29,051 nucleotides of DNA from IMG/VR virus record IMGVR_UViG_2778261705_000026. One strand, given 5' to 3'. The first letter of the stretch is position 1. The number at the start of each line of letters is the position of its first letter. Source of the stretch: a virus (taxonomy: Duplodnaviria; Heunggongvirae; Uroviricota; Caudoviricetes). This document shows, in pieces, positions 8,736 to 17,901 of the stretch. The translations under genes were made by a program, and so were the position numbers. The notes below the pieces were generated by a model that was given only the letters and a program-made list of their open reading frames with translations, was not told the DNA's origin and did not search any database.

Positions 8736-9997
8736 CAGGCTGCCCTCACGATATAGTTAAATGCGACGTTGCGCGGCCGGGTTTCAGAACCACCAACCGA
8801 TACCGTAGAAATTGAATTTGCTGTAATAAGATTCCCGGAAGCATCAGCCGTAACTACGAACTGACCTCCCGTTGGATCAAAACCTGTTAGCGCATAGTAC
8901 TTGTCAAACCAGTGCCCATGAGAAGCAAATAAATGGTCTTGAGATGTCAACAAACCACGAGAGGAATCCACCCCGCGCCCATCATCCCATCCACGAATAA
9001 ATTCACCGCGTAAATCAGGCAATTTATTTGTCGGGTAAGCCTTTGCCAGTTCCGGGTATTCTTCAGCAGAAAAAGCCGCACCATTGCATTTCAGCCAGCC
9101 TGTTGGCGGAGTGGCTGAAGGCCACGGAACAGGCACCCCAACAGGTAATGCTGAGCCTTCTCCCAAACCAAGGTATGCGAGAAGACCGGCAACATCCTTT
9201 CCACTCAAATGAGTCAGCGTCTCATCCAGTGGCTGCTTACCTGACAGCGCATTGTTAATGGTGGTACTGAATTTCGGGTCATTGTTAATGGCTGCGGCAA
9301 TTTCTTTCAGTGTGTCCAGCGTGGCTGGCGCACCGTTAATCAGAGCGGTAATAGCGGCCTGAACAAACGCAGTGGTCGCAATCCGCGTGGTGTTATTTCC
9401 TGTGGCAGGCGTCGGCGCTTTTGGTTCTCCGGTAAATGTCGGATTATGTTTCTGCGCATACTGGGTATGAGGATCCTGTGCGGCAATGTGGTTTCTCATC
9501 TGGTCATCCACATACAGCTTTAATTCCAGGACTTCATCATCCACGTATTTACGGGTCGCCAGTACCACCGACGGGTCGATTTTCAGCGTGATGGCTTCGG
9601 TATTCGTGACAACCAGAATCATGCGGATAGTCTGGGTACGACCGCTGCCTTCCTGCAACTGCGGTTTGTACGTTTCCGGGCAGTTCGCCACCGCAATGAG
9701 TACGCCTTCATCATCATAAAGCCCAATCTCACGGATCCAGAATCCACCCTCGTTCTCAGGGATGATTTGCTCCGCAATAATCTGGCTCTGATTGTTCGGG
9801 TCAACACTCAGAAGATTCAGCGGCGCGATGCGTTTCTGGTTAATCAGTTTTGTCTGTGCCGGGTCTGGTGTCGGCAAGACACCATTCGCATCACCAACGG
9901 CCATTTGCGTCAGATTCAGCTTACTGCCGAGCATCGTCGCGTTAGCCAGCCGTGCTGCGCCCTGATTAGTCAGAATGGCGTAGTATTTCACTGTCAT
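8735..9997 (-). CDS. H: Tail fibre protein H (constant N-terminal part about 9170-9997 fused to variable part Hv 8738-9169), 420 aa
   Basis: N-terminus MTVKYYAILTNQGAARLANA... resembles P2/Mu-type tail-fibre N-termini; the C-terminal domain lies inside the invertible segment. Confidence 0.88.
   Translation of the reverse strand: MTVKYYAILTNQGAARLANATMLGSKLNLTQMAVGDANGVLPTPDPAQTKLINQKRIAPLNLLSVDPNNQSQIIAEQIIPENEGGFWIREIGLYDDEGVLIAVANCPETYKPQLQEGSGRTQTIRMILVVTNTEAITLKIDPSVVLATRKYVDDEVLELKLYVDDQMRNHIAAQDPHTQYAQKHNPTFTGEPKAPTPATGNNTTRIATTAFVQAAITALINGAPATLDTLKEIAAAINNDPKFSTTINNALSGKQPLDETLTHLSGKDVAGLLAYLGLGEGSALPVGVPVPWPSATPPTGWLKCNGAAFSAEEYPELAKAYPTNKLPDLRGEFIRGWDDGRGVDSSRGLLTSQDHLFASHGHWFDKYYALTGFDPTGGQFVVTADASGNLITANSISTVSVGGSETRPRNVAFNYIVRAA
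9158..9183. repeat. Inversion crossover site, right (inside H): TTCTCCCAAACC AA GGTATGCGAGAA
   Basis: Imperfect 12-2-12 palindrome; very close to hixL (TTCTTGAAAACC AA GGTTTTTGATAA) as I recall it; inner half and core are the exact inverse of 7324-7337. Confidence 0.75.
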
Positions 9998-10605
9998 GCG
10001 TTTACTCTCAGGTTATCAATTAAATGAATGGCCGAGGCCGGGAAATAATCCCCTCCGACAATAATGGCCTCCGGGGTGTAGGGATAAACCGTCAGGGCGT
10101 CACCGTGATAGCATCCTGCACCGGCAAAAATGTTGCCGGTTGTACTTAAACTGATAGCCAGTCCCGTCAGATGGCGGCTTGCAGGTTTTGCATCAGCAAC
10201 GAGGCGCTCCAGCTCCTGATACATTTCCTCGGTAATACCCTGCTCAAGCACGCCAACAACGATGCGGAACGTCCCCGGCTCCTCATTGAGTTGCCACCAC
10301 TCCCTCACCTCAATCAGATAGCCGAGCGGCTCCACCACACGACGGATTGCGCCTATAGTGCCCTTATGGCAGTGAATGAAATACGCATCGCGGATAACAG
10401 CGCGTTTTGTCGCTTCCGGCCACTTATCATCCCAGCGGTCAACCGAAAATGACCACGCCAGCCACGGCAGCAGATTTGCCGGACAGGTGTCCGGGTTCCA
10501 CAGCTCACGAATACTGACCGGCGTTTTTTCAATTTCTGCACAGGCTTTTGCGGCGGCGACTTCAAGCGGTGATGAGCCAGTCGGCAGCAGTCGCGAATCA
10601 CTCAT
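9994..10605 (-). CDS. I: Baseplate assembly protein I, 203 aa
   Basis: Position between J and H; ATG start overlaps the J 3' end. Confidence 0.82.
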   Translation of the reverse strand: MSDSRLLPTGSSPLEVAAAKACAEIEKTPVSIRELWNPDTCPANLLPWLAWSFSVDRWDDKWPEATKRAVIRDAYFIHCHKGTIGAIRRVVEPLGYLIEVREWWQLNEEPGTFRIVVGVLEQGITEEMYQELERLVADAKPASRHLTGLAISLSTTGNIFAGAGCYHGDALTVYPYTPEAIIVGGDYFPASAIHLIDNLRVNA

Positions 10606-11506
10606 CCGAGCCTCCGGTCACGACGCTGTATTCGGTACAGAAAGACGCCTGCGTACTGTTGAGCACGATGTCGGCCAGCGGTGCAGCCAGTTCGACACGC
10701 TGCACGCCTTCCACATGCAAAGCGGCATAAATGGCAGACAGACGGATGTCGCGCCCCAGCCGGTGCTGTGCCGTGATGTACGCTTCCAGTTTTTTCACGG
10801 CAGCAGCGCGGATGGGTTCGCTTTCGGGACCTGGGTAAAGGTAAAGCGTGGCGTTTATCTGATATTCGACAATGGCGGCAGACTGCACGGTCACGCGGTC
10901 GGCCACCGGCCTGACGTCCTCGCCATTAAGGGCGTTACGCACCACGGCCAGCAGGTCTTCGGATGCGACGCCGTTATTTTCACGTGACAGCACGGAGATA
11001 GTGACGCAGGCCGGAGACGGACTGGTGACAGAGATATCCGCGACACGCCCGTCAGCACTGCGACCATGATACTGATAGGCTCCCACCGACCCGGCGACGC
11101 TTAAGCCCTCAAACGCCTGCTGAATACGCAGACGATAATCGGTGTCAGACTCCATCACTGCCGGTGTCGGCGGGATGGTCGAATCATCTGCCGGGGTGAT
11201 AATCAGGCGCGTGGTGTTGTAATTGGCACCAATCACATCAAGGTCATTACCGGCTGCACAGGCCAGCATCACCGCCCGTGCGGCCTCATTCACACGCTGA
11301 CGCCAGATAAGCTCACGATAAGCATTTTCCTCCAGCAGTTTGACGAGAGGCTCGGATTCCAGCGTCAGGGTACGGGCGACCGCCTCCTGCTGGTCTTCCG
11401 GGTAAAGGGAAATCAGTGTCGCCTTGCGTTCGGCGAGAATGGTTTCAAAGTCCAGCTCCTCGACCACATCCGGTGCGGGTAGCTGGTTCAGGTCGATAAT
11501 CGGCAT
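10598..11506 (-). CDS. J: Baseplate assembly protein J (baseplate wedge), 302 aa
   Basis: Size and position match P2 gpJ. Confidence 0.88.
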   Translation of the reverse strand: MPIIDLNQLPAPDVVEELDFETILAERKATLISLYPEDQQEAVARTLTLESEPLVKLLEENAYRELIWRQRVNEAARAVMLACAAGNDLDVIGANYNTTRLIITPADDSTIPPTPAVMESDTDYRLRIQQAFEGLSVAGSVGAYQYHGRSADGRVADISVTSPSPACVTISVLSRENNGVASEDLLAVVRNALNGEDVRPVADRVTVQSAAIVEYQINATLYLYPGPESEPIRAAAVKKLEAYITAQHRLGRDIRLSAIYAALHVEGVQRVELAAPLADIVLNSTQASFCTEYSVVTGGSDE

Positions 11507-11510
11507 GATT

Positions 11511-11858
11511 TCAACTCACAGGGATGGTTAACGAAAGTGGCTGGCCGGTGTCGTTGTGCTGGCCGGTTAACGTGACCGTCATTCGCCCGTCAAAACTGCG
11601 CTCAGTGGTGACGGATGACAGGGTGACGCGGGGTTCCCATTTCAGCACTGCCATGTAACAGGCGACCTTAATCTGCAACTCAAGCGCCGGAGTCTGCGGC
11701 TGGTCAATCATTGACGCCAGCAACGAGCCGTAATCACGACGCATCACCCGTGAGCCGACCGGTGTGCGCAGGATATCGCCGATACTCTGGCTGATATGCT
11801 CAAGGTCAGTGACCGTCAGGCCATCACTGCGATTCATTCCGAGATAACGCGCTGTCAT
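11511..11858 (-). CDS. W: Baseplate protein W (T4 gp25-like), 115 aa
   Basis: Size and position match P2 gpW. Confidence 0.88.
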   Translation of the reverse strand: MTARYLGMNRSDGLTVTDLEHISQSIGDILRTPVGSRVMRRDYGSLLASMIDQPQTPALELQIKVACYMAVLKWEPRVTLSSVTTERSFDGRMTVTLTGQHNDTGQPLSLTIPVS

Positions 11859-12490
11859 AAAGGACTCCCGGTTGTGCCGCCGCTGTCGCCGGGGTGTTTG
11901 TGGGTATGCAGTACCTTACCGTTTGATGAGAGTTCACCGCCGGTGTGTTCAATGTTGCCGCGCATCGTCCCGCCCTTCTGCACTTCCAGCGTGCCGGTAG
12001 TCAGTTTGTTAGTGCAGACCACTTCCGGTGTGTCCAGGGTGACACGGGTTGACGCTTTCACCGTGACCACCGGTACCGTGGCAGTAACAGAATCAGAAGC
12101 CGTCACGCTGGCCGTTTTAATTCCGCTTACCGTGAGTGCACTGGTTTCGGGTTCATACTCAATCACCGCCCCGTCAGGGAAACGGATATGCAGGGCATCC
12201 GCCGACGCAGACGGCGCGCGGTTATCGCCGGAATAAATCCCCGGCAGAACGAACGCCGTGTCGAGTTCACCGCCCACGGCCAGAATCAGCACCTGTTCCC
12301 CCACGGAAGGCGCCCACCATGTGCGCGAACGTCCGGCGCGATGGGTCAGCCACTGAAGCCAGTCGGTGCACATGCCGCCGGTCTGCACACGGCAGCGACC
12401 GGCGTTAAGGTCGGTTTCGACGACAAGGCCGGTGCGAATCATGTTGCGCAGTGCGCGCGCGAGTTCCTGAATATTTGCGAGAGTGTTCAT
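11855..12490 (-). CDS. V: Baseplate hub / spike protein V, 211 aa
   Basis: Size and position match P2 gpV; Gly/Thr-rich repetitive C-terminal region. Confidence 0.88.
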   Translation of the reverse strand: MNTLANIQELARALRNMIRTGLVVETDLNAGRCRVQTGGMCTDWLQWLTHRAGRSRTWWAPSVGEQVLILAVGGELDTAFVLPGIYSGDNRAPSASADALHIRFPDGAVIEYEPETSALTVSGIKTASVTASDSVTATVPVVTVKASTRVTLDTPEVVCTNKLTTGTLEVQKGGTMRGNIEHTGGELSSNGKVLHTHKHPGDSGGTTGSPL

Positions 12491-12556
12491 AACGGGAAGG
12501 ATGCCGCCGGGTCATACCGGCGGCAATGTGACGATGAGGTGTCGGGAATGGCACAA
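12491..12556 (-). promoter_or_regulatory. Expected late promoter region PV; contains 8-bp inverted repeat GCCGCCGG gtcata CCGGCGGC (12503-12524)
   Basis: Position inferred from P2 organisation; the inverted repeat is seen directly; TGTCGGG/TGTGCC elements noted but spacing does not match the TGT-N12-ACA rule as I recall it. Confidence 0.35.
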
Positions 12557-13009
12557 CTAACGTTCAAGGTGAGCCAGAATAATCTCTTCAATCATCTGCA
12601 CATCCTCACCGGTAAAGCCGAGCAGAGGACGCGCCGGATAATCAATTTTCTTACCGTCTTTCCGGGTTTCTTCCGACAGACCAAACTGATGCACACTGGC
12701 GATTTTCGGTGACTTCCCGCCGTAAAATTCCATTGCTGCCTGTTCCGGGCTGGCGCGGATATGCAAAAAACGACTGGTGATAAGTTTCGCAAACATTTTT
12801 CGCTTAACGCGACCGGTCTTTTTTCTGGCGCTCTGCTGCTGGCGTGGCGCGTAGGGTGTGCCGTCCGGTGCTTTCTGTGCCATCACCCGACGCTGCTGAC
12901 TCTGCCGCAGACGTTTCGCCAGTTCGGCACTCAGTCGCCGACGCCCTGACGGTGACAGCGACTCAATAAGTCCGGTCAGCCGGTCTTCAAAACGCTTAAA
13001 CTCATTCAT
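12557..13009 (-). CDS. S: Tail completion protein S, 150 aa
   Basis: Size and position match P2 gpS. Confidence 0.85.
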   Translation of the reverse strand: MNEFKRFEDRLTGLIESLSPSGRRRLSAELAKRLRQSQQRRVMAQKAPDGTPYAPRQQQSARKKTGRVKRKMFAKLITSRFLHIRASPEQAAMEFYGGKSPKIASVHQFGLSEETRKDGKKIDYPARPLLGFTGEDVQMIEEIILAHLER

Positions 13010-13469
13010 CCCACTTGCTCACCAGTTCGCCATTGATATACAGCTCCATCGGGCGGGTAACCGGCTCCGGCAGCGGAGGTTCCGGGATATTCTTCACATG
13101 CAGCGCGCCGTCCACCTCACTGACCAGCGTGCGCTCGGTCAGCATCAGGCTGATGCTGATATCAAAGCTGCTGTCATTGTTGATGTCTGCATAAAACGTG
13201 AAGCCCTTTTTCTGGCCTGCGTCGGTAGTCATGATGTCGGGCTGATTTTCCCGCAGCCACGCCAGCACCGGCACGATGAGCAGGTCAAAATCACCGGTAA
13301 AGTCGGTCACAATCACATTGAGCGTGTAACGCTTTTCGAATGACAACGACGTCGCCAGCGTGGAGGCAATACTCCCGTTATCCACGAATATCCGCAGCAT
13401 ATCGGGGTTAGTTTTCAGCACCGTGACGGCATCAGTCAGCGCCCTGCGCAGGCTGTCGGGTTTGAGCAT
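13002..13469 (-). CDS. R: Tail completion protein R, 155 aa
   Basis: Size and position match P2 gpR. Confidence 0.85.
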   Translation of the reverse strand: MLKPDSLRRALTDAVTVLKTNPDMLRIFVDNGSIASTLATSLSFEKRYTLNVIVTDFTGDFDLLIVPVLAWLRENQPDIMTTDAGQKKGFTFYADINNDSSFDISISLMLTERTLVSEVDGALHVKNIPEPPLPEPVTRPMELYINGELVSKWDE

Positions 13470-13722
13470 CGTTTTCGTCCTGACAGTGTTTAATCATTTT
13501 TACCTGGCTGGCACAGCGCGCCAGCGCGTTCTCAAGCTGCCGGATATCGGCACTTAAATCACCGTTCGTCTCCGGGTCGCTGCCCGGCATCGGGCAAAGA
13601 CTCACTTTCGGGCAGGCGTTGTGGACAATCACTGGCATCGGTGCAGGCGGGGCGCTGGTGCAACCGGCGCACAGTATCAGGCAGGTCAGCGCCGTACCAG
13701 CGGCGAAAATCTTCGTTTTCAT
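13432..13722 (-). CDS. lysC: LysC, outer-membrane lipoprotein o-spanin (Rz1-like), 96 aa
   Basis: MKTKIFAAGTALTCLILCAGC has a signal peptide and lipobox (LCAGC); Pro-rich mature part; starts inside lysB in another frame and runs past its stop into R. Confidence 0.8.
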   Translation of the reverse strand: MKTKIFAAGTALTCLILCAGCTSAPPAPMPVIVHNACPKVSLCPMPGSDPETNGDLSADIRQLENALARCASQVKMIKHCQDENDAQTRQPAQGAD

Positions 13723-14002
13723 TAAGTAACCTCGTGATGGTTTTCTCGCGCTGTGCTTCACGCTTCGCGGCGTTCTCCAGTTCCTGACGCAGTGCCACCT
13801 GCGCCAGCTCGTTTTTGTCTGCCCTGGTGAGGGCAACATGAAGCTGATTTTTCAGCATAGTGATGGTCGTCTGCTGTTCACTGGCGACGTTGTTCACCCT
13901 GTCCAGCGAGGCGCGCAGGCTGGCGTTTTCATGCTTCACCAGAAACAGACCGGCCACCGCCAGTGATAACAACACAACCAGCACAATCATCAGTTTTGAC
14001 AT
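13559..14002 (-). CDS. lysB: LysB, inner-membrane i-spanin (Rz-like), 147 aa
   Basis: N-terminal transmembrane helix MSKLMIVLVVLLSLAVAGLFLV followed by a charged helical periplasmic domain; position after lysA. Confidence 0.85.
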   Translation of the reverse strand: MSKLMIVLVVLLSLAVAGLFLVKHENASLRASLDRVNNVASEQQTTITMLKNQLHVALTRADKNELAQVALRQELENAAKREAQREKTITRLLNENEDFRRWYGADLPDTVRRLHQRPACTDASDCPQRLPESESLPDAGQRPGDER

Positions 14003-14415
14003 GGTTCCCGCCCCTCAAAACGCTGACGGCAGGCCGTACGTATCAGCCGGAAGAACAGCGACGCCACGAGATAAATCAGCGCGGTAAAAATCCACCCGGC
14101 AGCGACCAGCGAGATAAACGTCGCCACCATCACCACCAGACCCACAGCCCGTCGGCACCACGTTACCGGCTGCAAAAACAGCGACGTGACAATCTTCACG
14201 GCCAGCGATTCCGGCGGCAGCTCCCGCCCGTAGCGTTCCAGCACATACTCAGTGGCATACACGCCGACACCACCGGCAACCACACAGATAACCGTCGCCA
14301 GAATCGCCCAGGTGGCGACAAAACTGACGGCCACGCTCTGCGGGTAAATCAGGGACAGTGCCAGCATCAGCGCCAGCGACACGTTCAGCATCAGTGAAAG
14401 GGATAATTTCTTCAT
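13990..14415 (-). CDS. lysA: LysA, membrane lysis-timing protein (antiholin-like), 141 aa
   Basis: Multiple hydrophobic helices; position between K and lysB as in P2. Confidence 0.8.
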   Translation of the reverse strand: MKKLSLSLMLNVSLALMLALSLIYPQSVAVSFVATWAILATVICVVAGGVGVYATEYVLERYGRELPPESLAVKIVTSLFLQPVTWCRRAVGLVVMVATFISLVAAGWIFTALIYLVASLFFRLIRTACRQRFEGREPCQN

Positions 14416-14429
14416 GGTGTTTACTCCGT

Positions 14430-14927
14430 TTAAGCCGGTACGCCGCCAGCGGTACGCCAGACGGTGACCAGTTTTTCCAGTGAATGCTCACGCTGACCGT
14501 AACCGGCACCCGGCAGGGACGCCCAGATATTGCGACAGCGTGAAATGGCGCGCTCAATGCGTCCCGCCCGGATGTCATCCAGCGCACCGCGTTCGCGGAT
14601 CAACTGAATGGCGAGTCTGTCCTGTGACAACGGACTGAAATCCGGCAGGGCAAGCTGTTTGCGGTAGTGCGGCCAGAACAGGTAAAGCTGCTGATAGCGA
14701 CCGGAGGCCGTGGATTTTTCACCGCGACGGTTAAACACCTTCGCCGGTCGGCCATGCGCGAACGGGTGGTCACTGTAGTCGGTGAAAATTTCCGGCTTCC
14801 CGTCCAGTCCGGTGACTATCACGTCATAGCCCCGGTTTTTCGTCAGCGGATGATTCGCCGTCCCTTCGGACACGGCCAGCATGTCGAGAAAGGCAGCGAT
14901 ATTCTGATGCGTGTTAATTACCGACAT
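14430..14927 (-). CDS. K: Endolysin K (lysozyme-like), 165 aa
   Basis: Size and position between holin Y and lysA match P2 gpK. Confidence 0.9.
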   Translation of the reverse strand: MSVINTHQNIAAFLDMLAVSEGTANHPLTKNRGYDVIVTGLDGKPEIFTDYSDHPFAHGRPAKVFNRRGEKSTASGRYQQLYLFWPHYRKQLALPDFSPLSQDRLAIQLIRERGALDDIRAGRIERAISRCRNIWASLPGAGYGQREHSLEKLVTVWRTAGGVPA

Positions 14928-15208
14928 TACGGTTTCCCCCTGCCCTTAAAGCGGCGCTGAATGGCAATCTCAATCACCTGATAACCGGCGATACCCAGCA
15001 TGGAGCCGATGCCGCACACCGCAGGCAGTGACAGGTCAGGAAACTGCACCAGAACAACACCGGCAACCATCGAGACAAAACCACCGAGCAACATGCGCCC
15101 GATAAACAGACGCGGGGTGATGGGTTCACCACCGGCAAGCACCTTGCCGACAACAATCAGCACCCCAATCATGAAAAGCGACAGGACGCTTTTTTCTTCT
15201 GCTGTCAT
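14927..15208 (-). CDS. Y: Holin Y, 93 aa
   Basis: Small protein with hydrophobic helices and a charged C-terminus (RRFKGRGKP), directly upstream of the endolysin. Confidence 0.88.
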   Translation of the reverse strand: MTAEEKSVLSLFMIGVLIVVGKVLAGGEPITPRLFIGRMLLGGFVSMVAGVVLVQFPDLSLPAVCGIGSMLGIAGYQVIEIAIQRRFKGRGKP

Positions 15209-15211
15209 GCG

Positions 15212-15415
15212 TTACTCCCACAGATTGACAGTTTCAGCCACGGGCGCGGTCTGAACGTCGGGCAGTTCGACGGCGGTGCCGTGTGGCAGCACCGCGCCCA
15301 GTTCAGCCAGTCCCGGATTTGCGGCGAGCACGGTCTCAACCACGCCCTCAGTGCGCCCGTAATACCGGACACAAATGGCGTCGAGCGTGTCGCCCTGTAG
15401 CGCAAAGGTCTTCAT
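15212..15415 (-). CDS. X: Tail protein X (LysM-like), 67 aa
   Basis: MKTFALQGDTLDAICVRYYGRTEGVVETVLAANPGL... has a LysM-like fold signature; ATG overlaps the L stop; the track start at 15484 is an upstream extension. Confidence 0.85.
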   Translation of the reverse strand: MKTFALQGDTLDAICVRYYGRTEGVVETVLAANPGLAELGAVLPHGTAVELPDVQTAPVAETVNLWE

Positions 15416-15924
15416 CAGATTTGACTCACGATGCAGCGCGGCTTGTCCTGGATACGCGCCACCGCCCAGCGCATATCCCGCCACAGCTCATCAATGGTGC
15501 TGTCAATGCTGTCGGCCTTCTTGTCGCCTTTCGCACTGGCATCCACGCCGCGGTAACGCTCATAAAGCGACGCGGTCGCCATCGCACACACGGCGCGCTC
15601 GTAGTAAAAAACTTTGATGCTTTCACCGTCGATGTCGTCCGCCGGAACGTCCGCCAGACGCGTAAAACCGGCGGCAATTTTCTGTTCGCGGTACTCGTAC
15701 AGCTCCGCATTCGTCTCCGCCATGCCTGACTTGATGGCCTCACGCAGACGGGCGGGGGCGACGGTCTGCTCAAGGCGCATACGTTCCCGGACGCGCTTCG
15801 GGTCGATATCGGGAAAAAAGAACGTGTTTTTAATCACCGGCTCGTCGCCTGCCGGTTGCGGGATGACCACCGTACCCTCACCGGACACGGGAGCCTCCTT
15901 TCGCGGAATAATCAGCGTCATCAT
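15415..15924 (-). CDS. L: Head completion / stabilisation protein L, 169 aa
   Basis: Begins MMTLIIPRKEAPVSGEG...; size matches P2 gpL; position after M. Confidence 0.85.
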   Translation of the reverse strand: MMTLIIPRKEAPVSGEGTVVIPQPAGDEPVIKNTFFFPDIDPKRVRERMRLEQTVAPARLREAIKSGMAETNAELYEYREQKIAAGFTRLADVPADDIDGESIKVFYYERAVCAMATASLYERYRGVDASAKGDKKADSIDSTIDELWRDMRWAVARIQDKPRCIVSQI

Positions 15925-16022
15925 GACTACCTCTGAAAAGTCGGGCGGTGGACGCCGGTACAGCGTCAGGTGATTCACCCTCACTGACCGGCGTGCCGCC
16001 CTGGCGCGGGGCGCATTCGTTG

Positions 16023-16766
16023 TTAACTGGCTTTCTTTTTCGGGCGTCCACGTTTTGCCGGTGTCACGCTCCGGGTCTTACGCGGGGCGCGGGTGGCCGC
16101 TTTTGGCTGCGGCTCCGGCTTCGGTTTCAGCTCCCGCTCCAGTCGTTCAATCTCTTTTTTGACGCCTGCCTGACAGTCGAGCTGTGTCGCACGTTGCAGG
16201 TGAGCCAGCGCACCGGCGGCATCACCACCGTCACGCAGAAACAGACCGGTGATTTTGTGCAGCTTTGCGCGCACTTCATCAGGCATGTCTGCCGTGGCGG
16301 TCAGTTCAAGGGTTTCCGTCAGCAGGCGGGTATCCACAGATTCACCGGCAGCGTGGGCGCGCATGGCCGCGAGCGCGACCTCCTCGGTGAACATGTACGG
16401 CGGGGTGCGGCGGTGTTTACCCGGCATGGTCAGACCGTACTTCAGGGCATAACGGGCAATCTCCAGCGCACCGGCAATATCTCCGGTATCCAGACGCCAC
16501 AGCATGACCGTCATCAGAATGTCATCCTGTGCGCCTTTGCCCTGCTCCAGCACGCCGTTCACCCACGGCAACCAGAACGGCAGCAGTTCGCGTTTTTTCG
16601 CGGCCTTCAGCTCTTTTGAATAAATCGCTTTCAGTGTGCGCTGGTCTGCGGCGAGCTTAACCAGCATCTGCTCATAGACAGTTGCATGTCGCAGCGGGGC
16701 GGCTTCCCGCTGCGCGGTCATCGCTGCCGAGACCCGCATCATGTGGCGCTGTGCGGGACTCGTCAT
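16023..16766 (-). CDS. M: Terminase endonuclease (small) subunit M, 247 aa
   Basis: Size and position match P2 gpM; basic C-terminal tail (KRGRPKKKAS). Confidence 0.88.
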   Translation of the reverse strand: MTSPAQRHMMRVSAAMTAQREAAPLRHATVYEQMLVKLAADQRTLKAIYSKELKAAKKRELLPFWLPWVNGVLEQGKGAQDDILMTVMLWRLDTGDIAGALEIARYALKYGLTMPGKHRRTPPYMFTEEVALAAMRAHAAGESVDTRLLTETLELTATADMPDEVRAKLHKITGLFLRDGGDAAGALAHLQRATQLDCQAGVKKEIERLERELKPKPEPQPKAATRAPRKTRSVTPAKRGRPKKKAS

Positions 16767-16769
16767 CGG

Positions 16770-17843
16770 TTACGCTCCCGGCTCTGCGGTCGCCTTAGCC
16801 GGTGTGGAGAAATCACCGACCTTAATTTTTTCCACCAGACAACCGGCGGCGTAGTCTTCCACCACGTAATCAATGTTCATTGACTCGTAGTTCTCCACGC
16901 GGTCAAGTTTCGGGTTTTCCTCAATCACGCGGCGATGACTGTCATCCATGTAGTAGATGGACAGGTTTTCCAGCTTTGTGATGAGCATCGCATCCGCCGG
17001 GAAGTACGGGACGCGTACCGCCGGCAGGTTACCGATGCGTTTCTGGCTGATGATGACGTCAGCGGCCAGCATTTCGCTGTTGTCCTGCTCCTTGTTAACG
17101 ATGGGGAAATACTTGTCCGCCAGTAGCTGACGCCCCACAATCACCACAAGGTCAGGGTCTTCCTGATACCACGGTTCAATCAGGTTGTTGGTCGCATCCA
17201 TCACCAGTGCATCGAGGCTGGCATAATCACCGCCCTTACCCACGCGGATAACCTCAGAGGTGGTGTGCCCTTCCTCGTCAGTGACCTTGCTCATCACGCG
17301 CGCCGGGGCTTCATTGCGGTATTTCTGCAGCCAGCCGACCGCCACATCCTGCAGCATCGGATTACTGCTGCGGTCAGAGGTTTCGGCACGCCTCACGCCG
17401 TTAAAACCGGCCATGATTAAATCAAGGGACTGGCGTTTGATAATGGCGTTACGGATACGGAGCTGGAAATCCTGATAACGCGCCCACAGGTCAAGCGTTT
17501 TGTAGCGGATATAAAAATCGAAGTTAATCTGGTCGCATTCGTACTTGTTTGACGCCAGCTTCGAGAAGTCCTTCGGCTGACGCTCGGTGCCACCGGCGGT
17601 GTCGCTGGTGCTGGCGATGGAGCCGGTGACACCAATACCAATTTTTTCCCCTTTCATTTCGCTGACCGGCACAATGTTGATGCGGGTCAGAAAATCAGAG
17701 GACTCCTGCATGGTGTTCATCAGGGTCTGGGTGACCGACGGTTCAACGGTGAATTTTTTCGACACATCACCGGCGTCGATGCCGTTCAGTTCGGCAACAC
17801 GGGACAGATAGGCATTAAATTTAAAGCGGGTTTCCTGGCGCAT
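16770..17843 (-). CDS. N: Major capsid protein N, 357 aa
   Basis: Size and position match P2 gpN. Confidence 0.92.
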   Translation of the reverse strand: MRQETRFKFNAYLSRVAELNGIDAGDVSKKFTVEPSVTQTLMNTMQESSDFLTRINIVPVSEMKGEKIGIGVTGSIASTSDTAGGTERQPKDFSKLASNKYECDQINFDFYIRYKTLDLWARYQDFQLRIRNAIIKRQSLDLIMAGFNGVRRAETSDRSSNPMLQDVAVGWLQKYRNEAPARVMSKVTDEEGHTTSEVIRVGKGGDYASLDALVMDATNNLIEPWYQEDPDLVVIVGRQLLADKYFPIVNKEQDNSEMLAADVIISQKRIGNLPAVRVPYFPADAMLITKLENLSIYYMDDSHRRVIEENPKLDRVENYESMNIDYVVEDYAAGCLVEKIKVGDFSTPAKATAEPGA

Positions 17844-17901
17844 AGTTTTTCCTGAAATTAAGGGTTAATCGTGAAGGTTTTCCCGGACTGACTGACGCCG
17901 G

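Larger units (their letters stand above)
7326..9169. other. Invertible tail-fibre host-range segment (about 1.84 kb), analogous to the Mu G / P1 C segments
   Basis: Bounded by inverted crossover sites; contains Hv+G on the minus strand and a silent Hv'+G' pair on the plus strand; Hv' joins the H constant region in frame after inversion. Confidence 0.75.

Noticed and set aside
10376-10987. 203-aa plus-strand ORF
   Set aside because: Antisense to the I/J junction on the strand opposite a conserved operon; no ribosome-binding site or recognisable domain.
15948-16619. 223-aa plus-strand ORF
   Set aside because: Antisense to terminase small-subunit gene M; Arg/Gly-rich composition as expected opposite coding sequence.
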